Positions 51,384-62,600 of a stretch of DNA of 64,000 nucleotides are shown here, one piece after another. The number at the start of each line of letters is the position of its first letter. Within the stretch, counting starts at the first letter, position 1. The position numbers and the translations under genes were made by a program. Below the pieces are notes generated by a model that saw nothing but the letters and a program-made list of their open reading frames with translations, did no database searches and had not been told where the DNA came from. Source of the stretch: Utricularia gibba (Eukaryota > Plantae > Magnoliophyta); contig NEEC01000012.1 in NCBI GenBank assembly GCA_002189035.1, positions 496,001-560,000 on the forward strand. Direction: 5' to 3'.

Positions 51384-52627
51384 ATGGAATCTATAGTGAA
51401 GAAGCTTCAGAAGAAATTTAAGGATGCGAAGTATGAGATGCTCCGATGGGAGAAGCTTCAATCTCGCCTAGTTTCGCAATTATCTAATGCCTTTGCCATC
51501 ATACAGCGGCTTGAGGTTTCCCATTTTTATCTTTCTTCTCTCTGCTATATATGAATTCTCCAGTTACAGAGTTTCAATTACTCCATTTTTCATGCCATTT
51601 TTTGCTGCTTAGTTGGTTCAAGATATTAGAAATTTTGGAGCTTTGAGATGTGTTGAGGGTATCCAAGAAGCTGTCCTGGATAAGGAAATGGAGTCATTCC
51701 AGAACATCCAGATCTCCATCGACAGAACCATGTAATATACTGCCTTTTTGTGCTTCCAGCCATGCCTTTTTCGTTGTAGTGTTCAAAGGAGTTTACTTTT
51801 GGTCATCTGGATTTGGCTTGCATCTTTTCTTTCATCTGCTCATTCCTGATGTTATCTTTCCTCTGCACTTTGAGTATGCTACTGGGGAAAGAAATTTTAC
51901 ACAGGATTTTTTACTGCGGCATTTTTGCTTTAGGGATGAATTTGCCGAGATCATCTCATCTGTCCAGAAGATTGTGCGTGACGGCCATCACATCATCAGA
52001 GTTGGTGGTTCCCCAAGACTGACAGAGAAGCAACTGAAACAGAGGATTGGCGTGAAGCCAACTCTTGAGGATTGCTTAAATGGGCTTACGCGTCTTGAGG
52101 AGATGTATCAATCAGAGTACGGATGCTTTAAGTGGAAGCTCCAATTTTCATGGCTTCTCTATCGGTTTCTGCATCAGAGTCTGACTCGAAATCTCATCTT
52201 ATTCACAGATACCGTCTCAAACAAAAAATAGTGTCAGCGCTTCCTGTTCTTGTTCTCAAGGCTAAGTACGTGTACCTCACATCTTGATGGCTGAGTTTAC
52301 GCTTTATGTTTTATGAGACTACCGCTCTCGGCAAGGTGGCCAGCAACTGTCACCAACTTATCACACGTTATGTGTTGCTCACTGAGGCTTCTTCCTGATT
52401 TCAGTGAAAGAAAGAGCATTCCTGATCTTCAAAGATTTCTGGTAGAACAGCCCAATATTCTCCAAGACGAAGGTAAGAAATGCGTCTAGTGTGAGCTCTT
52501 TCTGGGAGAATAGACGTGTCATGGTAGTATCATCATTGTTCCCCGTGCAGTCAAATCTATATACGATATGGTGTTTGCAGAGCAGCTCTCACATGAAGAT
52601 TCTTCCGGGCTGTTTGAGACCATATAG
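51384..52627 (+). CDS. At5g43822-like protein (C1orf109/AFG2-interacting-like family), 6 exons
   Basis: Exons 51384-51515, 51613-51731, 51934-52116, 52209-52265, 52405-52472 and 52551-52627 splice in frame: MESIVKKLQKKF...LQSRLVSQ...EGIQEAVL...LKQRIGVKPTLEDCLNGL...MYQSEYRLK...VSALPVL...LVEQPNI...IYDMVFAEQ. Confidence 0.85.
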
Positions 52628-52892
52628 TAAACTCTGCGCTCTCCGGTAAGCTCGTTTCATTTGGGGCGCAACTAAAGTATCCCAACATGCCAGAACACAT
52701 GCAGCCTCCCTGGTTATCCTGTGTAACCCTCTGTGCCCTTGTAGTGAACAAGCCAACAGAAGAAAAATGCTTTCTTTGTATATTGTCCATGTTTTGGTTA
52801 AAGCAATCAGCAACTTATCCTTCTATTGCAATATCATCAAAGAAACACTCTGTTAATTGTACATATGCTACAACACAGTCACAAGGTCAGAA

Positions 52893-55800
52893 TCACGTAC
52901 CTTTGAAGTACTTGGCAAACGTTTCTTCATCTGCACAATACTTGAAGACTACGTTATATACATCAATGAGAAGCTTCGGAAATCTGACTGTGAAATATGC
53001 ATCAAACCCATCTGGAGGGGTCCCGAGTGTCTCTTGAACCTCTTTAGAGAGTTCACGGTAGTGATTCAGCTTGTTCCGTATGACTCGTAGCAGATCACGG
53101 ATACTGTCATACTTGTATTTCCGGTATCGACCGATGTCATTGATGAATGCGGAGTCCATCTTTTCATCCCATTTGCCACCCAAAGCAGCTCTTCCCTTGC
53201 TCTCCAATTCTTCCATGAAGTCGGATTCCGGATCTTCGAGTTCAACTCTGTCACTAGCGTCCCTTAAAAATGACAGACGCATCTCAGAGTTCCAAAAAAG
53301 GGGATGGTTCATTGCTTCTACAGCCTTTGGCCTGCACCAGTTACAACAAATAAAACCACTAAAAAAACATGGTAAAGCATCCTTTAAAGCACCACAACCA
53401 TCTCCAGAGATCACCTCAACTTAGGCTTGGGATCCAGAAGCTGAGAGATCATATCCACAGCCTCTGGAATGTGATCTATTAAGAAAAGATCTTTCCTGTC
53501 ATTAAGTATATTAACATCACGCTCGACATTTTCACCAAAAGGGTGAAAGCCTCCAGTAATGCAGAAAAAGAGGACGCAGCCTAAGCTAAATAAATCGACA
53601 GCACAAGTCTGTCTTCCACGACGTAATTGTTCCGGGGCCTGCCACCCTGAAGTACCATGTCCTGCTTACAACAAACAGAGAATGTCACACGGGGAAAATA
53701 AGCAGCTTTTATCTAGAACACCTGATGATGTCAAAAAGATGGTACTTGCCAGTAGTGTGTGCGGTCAAAGAGGACATTTCTCCTTCTAAGTGCTTGCTAA
53801 TACCCATGTCTGAGATTTTAGCAGTTACCGTTCGATCTTTGATAACAAGTATATTCTGAGGTTTCAGGTCCCGATGCACAATTCCAAGTTCATGCATATG
53901 CGCAAGCCCAAGCACAATGTCCCTACAGGATGTAAATGGTAATCAGTAGGTGAGTAGTGTATAATTCTTGCAAAAGGTTGGGAGCAAAATTACACAGAAA
54001 TGAGTTAACATACCGCATTAATTTTAACAAACATGGAGATGGATAACCATTAGGTTTCCAGAGTACAAGCTCCTGGCTGCTTGCCATAGGTTGGTTTGCA
54101 GAAGCACAGGATGAGATCAGATCGTATAAGTTACATGTACATCGCTCAAGGCATAGATAGACAAAATCCGGATCATACTCCACACCGTACCACCTAACAA
54201 TGTTTGGATGCTGATCTGATGCTATGAGATTCTGAATCTCCTTGACAGCAACACTATGATGAGTCTTGACTAAACGCTTGACAGCTACTGGACGGCCATT
54301 GAAAATTCCTTCCAGAACAATAGTTCCATTGCTTCCCTTAGCAATTTCTTTATTTGTTACGACCAGTTTACCAATCTTCCGTCCCTCTTCAGAATGGCTG
54401 TAACTATCAAGATGATCATATGATAAAAGCCCACCTATGTCCCCAGAAACATTATTACTCTCTTTCGGAATGCCACCAGGGACATCTTGAGAATTTTCCT
54501 CATGCTTTCTATCATTTGATATATCCTGCTTGGTGATTGTCCTTCGGCCTTTTCGCTTTCTCGGTGCAACATTTTGCAACTTGAGTTCCTTGGGTGATAT
54601 CTTTTGCGAGTTGGGGTCCTTGGGCTTCTTACGCTGCTTAATGAACCGAGCAAAAAAGAGACATCCAAGGGCAGCTATCATGGAGGACACCGTAAGATAC
54701 TGGACAGAATGCTGTGAAGGGGAACTGATTTGAGGAGGGCCAGTGATACCAGGGCTTTGACCATTCATTTCTGAAGGTTCAGATGCAGGAAGCGCAAGTG
54801 CACTTTTTCTATCATCATTGTATCCAAGAGCTAGTGTCCTCATCATAATCTCCAAAGGACCAGGCATTACATTTTTAGTGTATACAGTACCCGAGATTTT
54901 ATCTCCGGGCTCCATTTCCTGGTTATTCGAAGCAGGCAAAGAAGGCAGAATATTTCCCAGGAGATTGCCTTGTACCCTACTACCAATGAAAAGAGATTCC
55001 AATGAACTGCGGTCACGAATTCGGTGTACGACAGGCCTTGTGTGACAATGCATTGGAAGGTTCAAATCATCTGGGAATCTTCCAAAAAAGTTTTCAATAC
55101 CATCACACCGATATGAAGCCTCAATGTCCGCAAACATCAAGTACCACAAAACTTTTCCTGTCTTCACAGATGTGTAACTCAGAGCGTAGTCAGTTCTTGT
55201 AACATAAAGCGGCTTCTCAATCTCATCTTTCTTACTGGGACTAGATGGCATCCACTCTTGAATCTCAGTTGTTAAATTAGAACTTTCATCAGTATCATTT
55301 CCCACAGAAGAAGGAAGGCTATCGCTTCTAATAGTACGAACTACTTTTCCGGTTACAGCATCAACAATGAATACAGCAGTTTTCTTGGATCCAAGCATAA
55401 CCCCACTGCCAGCAGACACTACAGGGGAGTGGTTCACAAGGTCTTCTGCATTTAAAGGGAGCTTCTGCAATGATGAAAGTCGGTCAAATGCTCAGTCCAC
55501 TGAAAAAACAAGAACCCATATCCTCACGCAAGGAAGTAGTATAATTCTCCCTACGAAAATCAAGCTTGGCCAGCTTACAATTTTATCATCAATCATACCA
55601 CTTTTTGCAGGCCCTTCCCATGAAGGTAGAGCTCCCAGTCTTCTCCACAATCTATATAAAAGTCATCAACATCAGACGGAGTGTTGAGCTTCTCTTCTTC
55701 ATGACTAGGGATCTGATGAAAAGATGAATAAATAGACTCTCCAGACGAGAACGACCAAAGGACATTGCCAGTGCCGATCTCCACTAGATATACTGTGCCA

Positions 55801-56283
55801 TCCGGGCAGCCACTATAGCTGTTTCATGTTTTCTGATCAGAAACAATCAATTATGCAAAAAACAGGTTACGAAGTGAGTATGCGTACGAGGGAAAGTAAG
55901 AACAAGAACAAACTTCACACCCACTAAGCAACGAGAGTCGCTCAAGTTACCCTCAAGCTAAAAACAACAAAAAAGGAGGAAGCTACAAACCAGAAAAGAA
56001 ACCCGTTTAGTTCTACATCCATGTTTCCAAGAAAACATCCATCAACATACTTTATTCCATAATCTGGGACACCAAGGCAAAGCCAAATCTCACAAATTTC
56101 AATCTGACGCTTATCAACAGGCCTAAAAAATCAGCAACGGTAAATGAAGTGGACTCACGGCGTCGGAAGCGGCAACACCGGATTCTGAAAACTGGGTTCC
56201 GATTCCGGGTTCGACGAAACCCGAAGGAAAAGCGCGAAAATTAAAGCCAAAATAAGGAGAAAGGAAATCAGGAAGGCTCTCAT
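52893..56283 (-). CDS. IRE1: Serine/threonine kinase-endoribonuclease IRE1 (signal peptide, luminal domain, TM, kinase, KEN RNase), 6 exons
   Basis: Exon 1 (56283-56159) encodes signal peptide [19 protein letters not shown]. Luminal [21 protein letters not shown] and [17 protein letters not shown]; kinase [39 protein letters not shown]; KEN domain [19 protein letters not shown]. One GC-AG intron and an apparent -1 frameshift at 55804-55806. Confidence 0.96.
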
Positions 56284-56510
56284 CTCTGAGGATCACGAAG
56301 CTCATCAATCCCTGTCTTCAAAGAAAAGTGTTCGAATCGGACGCGCCCAAAGGATCAGGCTTCTTGCCGGGGGTCTCCGGTCCCGCTGACAGTCGACACG
56401 CTTTCGCACAGCCCCAAATTTTCAACAAATTTGTCAACTTGCTTACCAGATCCGGATCCTAAAAGGATCATTGACTGCAATCTTCGTTCTCTTTGATTTG
56501 CATGTCGCAA

Positions 56511-56520
56511 TTTAGGGTTT
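56511..56520 (-). promoter_or_regulatory. Telo-box (AAACCCTAA) upstream of IRE1
   Basis: TTTAGGGTTT at 56511-56520, about 230 bp upstream of the IRE1 ATG. Confidence 0.4.
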
Positions 56521-56656
56521 AGAGTTATGAGAAAGCATTTGCGCTTGGCTTAGTGACATAATTATTACAATAATTACATTAAGTGGCGTTGGGATGTTCC
56601 AATGCATTATTTAGATCAAATACGAATTATTCAGCCCAGAGCACTCCGGCGCTTGA

Positions 56657-56911
56657 TTAAATCCACACCGGGAAGAATTTCCCGTCATCCTCGCCGTCGA
56701 CGTCGTGCTCAGTCCCCGTCTTCCTCATGAACCGCCTGGCACATGAAACCACGCACTCCCTCCGGCATTCGTCTTCAGAGAAAATGGTAATCTCCATGCA
56801 TTCGTTGTAGCACTCCGCCGCGCACCGCGTCCTTCCACCTCCCTCGGCAGCTGCCGCAGCCGCCACCAGAAGAACTGCGATGATCATCACGTCCACGGAC
56901 CTTCTAGGCAT
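56657..56911 (-). CDS. Small secreted cysteine-rich peptide (CX3CX3CX10CX3CX3C; Ole e 6/thionin-like pattern), 84 aa
   Basis: A-rich context AAAAAAACG-ATG. Hydrophobic N-terminus VMIIAVLLVAAAAAA, six Cys in CAAECYNECMEITIFSEDECRRECVVSC, acidic tail. Confidence 0.75.
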   Translation of the reverse strand: MPRRSVDVMIIAVLLVAAAAAAEGGGRTRCAAECYNECMEITIFSEDECRRECVVSCARRFMRKTGTEHDVDGEDDGKFFPVWI

Positions 56912-57192
56912 CGTTTTTTTGGTAAGAAATGTGGGTATCTATGCAAATGATGAATTGTGTAGTTCTGGGTGGCATCTGCCTTCTATTTGTAGTTGTGGCT
57001 TCGCGCCGATTCAAAGGGACACGCCGTTCCGGCAACAAAGATCGAAGCTGATCGAAACTGCAAACGGCGGCCAGTAACCGGTAGATAAGTTTAACCGTTG
57101 TTTTTTTTTTTCTTATGAATTAACTGTTTATAAGCACGCCTCCTTTCTTATCTACAGAACTCTAACCAAAACCGTCGCCCATTTCCTTGGCC

Positions 57193-58546
57193 ATGGCTAC
57201 TTTGGGAAACGGTGTGAAATGGGCGTTAATGAACCCTCAACCCCCTCACAATTCCGCGAACGAAGAGCCAGATTTTGATGCTTCGCAATTGCGCATTTCA
57301 AGAAGGTCTGCAATTTCCATCTCCGTGGTGCCCTTGAGCTTCCTGGCGCTTCCACAGACATCTCTAGCCAGAGAGAGGCGCAACAGAAAGACAATTCCGC
57401 TTGAGGACTATCTCACAAGCTGTTAGTTGCTTCTTGCATCATTTTATTTGCAAAACAGACGTTTGTTTGCCTAAAAATTGAGTTTTGCTCATTGAAATCG
57501 AGTTTTGAACTCTTTTTTTTTTGTGCTTTTTGAGTTTGATACAGAGGTTTGTTGAAGGGTTTTTGTTCCATTCTCATGTTCTTTTACATGAATATTTCAT
57601 TCTAAAGGGGTATCTATAACATAGTTTATGTTTCTTTCGGTTGGATCGAAGTGGCCTTGATGATCCCCGTGATTCTGAAATCCACTGAAGTTCTCTTTAG
57701 CTACATATGGGGTTGAAAGCCATTTGGCTGTGTGTTCTGGTACTTGTGTACAGAAAAGCTGTTGTTCTTGAGCATTTGTCTTGATCCTAAAACATTGTCT
57801 TCATCAGACGACGGCCTCAGATACTATGATGTTGAGGAAGGCAACGGCCCCATTGCCGAGAAGGGATCAAAAGTGCAGGTCCTTGAAGCCACATCTTCCT
57901 CTGATGTACATTCGTTTTCTCTTCATCCATTTGTTGGATGTTGCCTTATGCACAGGTCCACTTCGACTGCAAATACCATGGCATTACGGCCGTGTCGAGC
58001 AGAGAATCCAAACTCCTCGCTGGAAACAGGATCATTGCCCAGGTATGTATAATTTTGTCCCTGAAACTTCATCTCATTTCCTTCAGATGACCACCCATCA
58101 AGGTCTGTACGCAACCCGGCAGCCTTATGAGTTTCAAGTCGGGGCGGTTCCGGGGAAGGAACGGAAGCGCGAGTTTGTCGACAACCCGAATGGCCTGTTC
58201 TCCGCACAAGCCGCTCCAAAGCCTCCGAAAGCCATGTACGCGATAGTGGAGGGAATGAAAGTTGGTGGGAAGGTGAGGTTGGCGGATGTACTTACTCTCG
58301 CGCTCTCCAATCCAACCCGCTGATCTTCCTGTACTCATCTGCAGAGGACAGTGATTGTGACTCCAGAAGCCGGCTATGGCTCCAAAGGAATGAACGAAAT
58401 CCCGGTAAGGGCATGAAATGCTCGTCTTTTGTTATGGTGAAAGGGCACTCTAAAGCTGCAGCCTTGTTCATGTGCAGCCGGATTCGGACTTCGAATTGAA
58501 CATCGAACTTCTGGAAGTGAGGCCGCCGGAGAAGGAGGCCAAGTGA
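57193..58546 (+). CDS. FKBP18: Thylakoid lumen FKBP-type peptidyl-prolyl isomerase FKBP18, 6 exons
   Basis: Exons 57193-57421, 57808-57878, 57956-58042, 58123-58272, 58345-58404 and 58478-58546 in frame. Twin-Arg SRR and AxA (SLA-RERR), VHFDC, RESKLLAGNR, PGKERKREFVDNPNGLFSAQAAPKPP, GMKVGGKRTVIV. Confidence 0.94.
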
Positions 58547-58712
58547 GGAAGCACCTCTTCCTTAAACGAATTTGCATTTGGGTTTTTCACCCCCCTATGG
58601 GGAAACGTGTCAATTAAAATAATAAAACAAATTGATAAACATATATAAAGATAACGATTGGTTGCATACGTGATCCGGGACACACTCCACACTTCTTACC
58701 ACGTAGGTAGGC

Positions 58713-59246
58713 ATGCCGCTTCTCCGTTCGCGCCGCCTGGGGGAGGGCGTCTCATGGCTCACTGAAAATTATCCGCCGCCACCGCCGCCGCCTCCGCCAG
58801 GCGTGGACTGCGACTTCGTAATAATAATTGCCTCTCTTCTGTGTGTCCTAGTCGGCTTACTCGGCCTTGTCGCATGCGCGAGGTGCTCCTGGATACGACG
58901 CGGAGACGGGGGCGCGGCTGCGCGATCGGAGGCGAATAGAGGCCTGAAGAAGAAGGTCCTTGAAGCTCTGCCGAAGTTCACCTTCGGTGATGAGGAGGAT
59001 CGGAGAGTGAAGCTCACCGACTGCGTGATTTGCCTGACGGAGTTCACTGCCGGCGATGAGGTCCGCGTGTTGCCGACGTGCGGCCATGGATTCCACATCG
59101 GATGTATCGACACGTGGCTCGGATCGCACTCGTCGTGTCCGTCTTGCCGCCAGATCCCCGTCTCCGCCACATGCACAAAATGTTGGCCCGCACCGCCGCA
59201 TACGACAACTCACCGAGGCGGCGCCAATACTTCTTCCCTAGCTTGA
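58713..59246 (+). CDS. RING-H2 ATL E3 ubiquitin ligase (ATL8/ATL80-like), intronless
   Basis: TM segment DFVIIIASLLCVLVGLLGL, GLD-like ANRGLKKKVLEALPK, RING-H2 CVIC...LPTCGHGFHIGCIDTWLGSHSSCPSC; N-terminal run of 9 Pro. Confidence 0.95.
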   Translation: MPLLRSRRLGEGVSWLTENYPPPPPPPPPGVDCDFVIIIASLLCVLVGLLGLVACARCSWIRRGDGGAAARSEANRGLKKKVLEALPKFTFGDEEDRRVKLTDCVICLTEFTAGDEVRVLPTCGHGFHIGCIDTWLGSHSSCPSCRQIPVSATCTKCWPAPPHTTTHRGGANTSSLA

Positions 59247-59690
59247 CTTGATAAAAAAAAAAAAAAGAACCAAAATATGTTTATTTTCGGTCGGTATTTT
59301 TTGTTAGCATTGGTCGCAGGCAAGGTTGCGCGGGCTTCCCCGCCGCCCAACTTCTTCTCCAAGTTGGTCCCAACTTATTCCACCGCCACTCGCAGATACG
59401 GTGGAGCTTCTTCAACGCTCCTTGAATGCACTATACAAAATCTTTTATTGCTGGCGCCAGTCTTGTTTTACTTTTAGGGGGGTTTCAGCTTCAGGGTCAA
59501 CCACGAGATAAAAATACAATCGCAATCCATAAAATCAATCAGTGTCTTCCTGTGGCGCACCCCTCGGAATAAATAGGATTGAAAGCCCCCTGCTGCAACT
59601 TGGAATCGAATACCCCATCCACCTACCTCCCTTCCTCCTTTTTCTCAACGTCGCTGTTCTTGTTCTCTATGTGACAGGCCTTGGGGGATG

Positions 59691-62600
59691 CTAAATTTTG
59701 TAGACCGGGGTGATCCCCAGTAAATAGAAGCATTGCCTCATCACAACTGCCGTGGCTTCGCACAGCAGAAGTCGGCTCGTCTCCTCCGGCGATCCAACAA
59801 CCTGCAACAACAGCAGCAGCACCCATCAAGCTGCCATCAGGGCATCATGGCAGTAAATGGCACATCCGAGCCTTACCGTACAAACAGTGTAGAATTTGGA
59901 GAAATATTCAGACAGGTAGTACAGATATTCACACAGCACGCTGGGCAGGAGGTTTGTGATGGATTCTTCCACAACCTGCCAAGAACAAACAATGGGGATG
60001 CCACCTTCAAGTTAAACTTCCGACTTTGTTCTACAAGAGGCAGCACACACGGCTGCGATTAGTAAGTTACCTCAGCGAATTTGAGCAGATGAAGCCCTAA
60101 ATCGCGTTCAGTAGGATCAACCAGCTCCAGAGTCCCTGTCTGTAAGAAATAGGCTCTGGCTTACTCTCAGCACATGGCCAATCCAGCCATCATCGAGTGT
60201 TAGGGGTAATAGTAGTACCTTTTTCAATTCCTGGATGTCTTTAGCTGACTTTCTGATGATGGAGCAGATTCGTGCATGGGCGTACAGCAAATACACAGCA
60301 GTATTCCCCTGCACACAATGCAGGTATGTGAATGGGAAGAATCGGTCGATGATTTGCTGACTCAATAATCTCATAGATCATCAAACCTTGTCATTAAGCA
60401 TCTGTTCAAAGCTGAAGGTGTAGTTTGTTGTCCTGTTGTTTTTCAGATCAGCATACCTGTTCATTCACAACGAGTGAGTGTTATGAGACTACGATATTGA
60501 TTCATGGTAAGAGACACACCGGCGGCCCACTTACTTGATAGCACCATACCCAATTGCTTCAGCAGTCTTTTCGAGCTCCTCTGCTGTCCATTCAGCGTCT
60601 TTACCTGCAGTGTATCTTTGTCACATTCATGGTTCAACCATATACAAAGCAGACAACGATTCAAAAATTGGCTGGATGGTCGAATGATCTACCTCTTTCT
60701 ACGAGAGTAGCTTTACATCTCCTTTTGGCTTCATCCAGAAGATCTACAAGTTTAACTGTCTCAGTACTCCGAGTTCGGAATCTCTTTCCATCCTCACCAA
60801 GTACAAGGCCGAACCCTGCATGGCTAGCCTTTGGGTATTTGTCTCCAACCGGAAGCCAACCAGCTCGCTTGGCAGCCTGAAAGTAACATTCATGGAAAAT
60901 GGTCGGCTCTCTGTTGTGTGACTGAATAGTTCGACACTGAAACTTACAGCGAACACCATGTCAAAATGGTCCTTCTGCCCAACATCAGTGAGGTATATGA
61001 TCCACTCGGCTTTTTCCTCAGTTAAACGATAGCTATGAATTCCAATAAAACAGTAAATGCACTAGAATAACAAAATGATGATATAATCTAGAATCTACTA
61101 GCATTAGTGTATTCTTTTTCCACAAATTTGAAAAGGACTAAGCCAAATAAAGATGCGAACTCACTGCAATGCAGTTATGTCAGTAGAGGCATAGTTGTAA
61201 CCACCATCGCTCTTGACAACGATGAGCGGGATTTTTTTCCCTTGAATAAAAATGACACGAGCACCTTGACTTTCTTCAATTAATCCATGCTTGGACAATA
61301 GCTCTAGAACCTCTGGTATATAAGGATTATAGAAACTCTCCCCCTGTGAAAGAAGAATCAACATAAAAGAAGTACTCTGCAATGCTAGGTAGTAGGTTTG
61401 AACAAAAAAAAAGGGAGATTGACGATACCTTCTCCTCCAAGTGAACCCCAAGCCGTTGATAAACTTTTTGGTATCCTTGTCGGCTAATCTCACATATACA
61501 GGCCCATGCCTGTCGATACTTTTCTACTCCAGACTGCAATGCAAGGCAGTGCATTAATACAGGAAAATTAGGTGTATAAAGGCTGCCTAATTTAAGTACA
61601 TCCTTAGAAAAAATAAATCCAAATTACATTTAGGGTATGTAAAACTCAAACTCATTGTTTAGTTATGAATCTTTCCACCTGAAGACTAACTACAGCACGC
61701 TGTGCTCTCTCCCTAAATTCTGGATCACTGTCGAATTTTTGCTTGGATGCCTTATAGAAAACCTGATGGATCCAAAAAAATAATGAGAACTTCAGTAAAG
61801 GACTACAAGGAATGAATAGTAACTTTCAGCTCACCTCCAGGTCTTCAATGGCTTGATCAGAAGTAACTTCCTCACTTTGTGACATATCGAACAGATACTC
61901 AATGAGCATTCCAAACTACAGAGAATTCAAACGTATTCAATTGATGGAAATAACGAACAAGAAAACAAGGATTCTTCAGGTATGAACATGACATGATCAT
62001 ACTACCTGTGTTCCCAATCTCCCACATGGTTCCGCCGCAGAACTTCTACTTTAGAAAACTCCAACATGCGAGCAAAAGTATCTCCTATTATTGTTGATCT
62101 CAAGTGACCAACATGCATCTCTTTGGCAATATTTGGTGAGGAAAAGTCAACCACAACTCTTTTTACTTGAAGCTTTGGAGCCCATGTTTCAATGCCATCA
62201 ATCAGCATTTTTTGAATGCTCTGCACAAGCATTTTCAAAGAATCTCACTGACAAACATTAACAAGGCTAATGAAAGATAAAAGTATTAAATTCACTCACC
62301 TTGGCCATCCACTTGGACGATAGCACAACATTTACAAATCCAGGCCCAGCCACTGTGCAAGAATCTATCATTTCTGATGCAGGCAGATTCTTCATAATTG
62401 CCTAAAGGAAAAAAAAAGACACAGAAACTCCATGCCATGTTTCTTGCACAAAATATCCACTAGAAAAAAAAGGAATTATAAAGGCCGCGAATACCATCAT
62501 ACCTGTCCAATTTGTTTAGAACCCTCGAACTGAGTTTTTTTCCCTTTAACTTTTGACCACAAAACCATTGCGTTGTTGCTGTCGCAAAACAGAGCCATCA

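Noticed and set aside
56123-56308. ORF-track 61-aa ORF as the IRE1 N-terminus
   Set aside because: Wrong frame. The signal-peptide frame starts at 56283; this ORF is treated only as a candidate overlapping uORF.
58769-59241. Overlapping antisense and alternate-frame ORFs on the ATL gene
   Set aside because: Expected in very GC-rich coding DNA; only the RING-H2 frame has conserved motifs.
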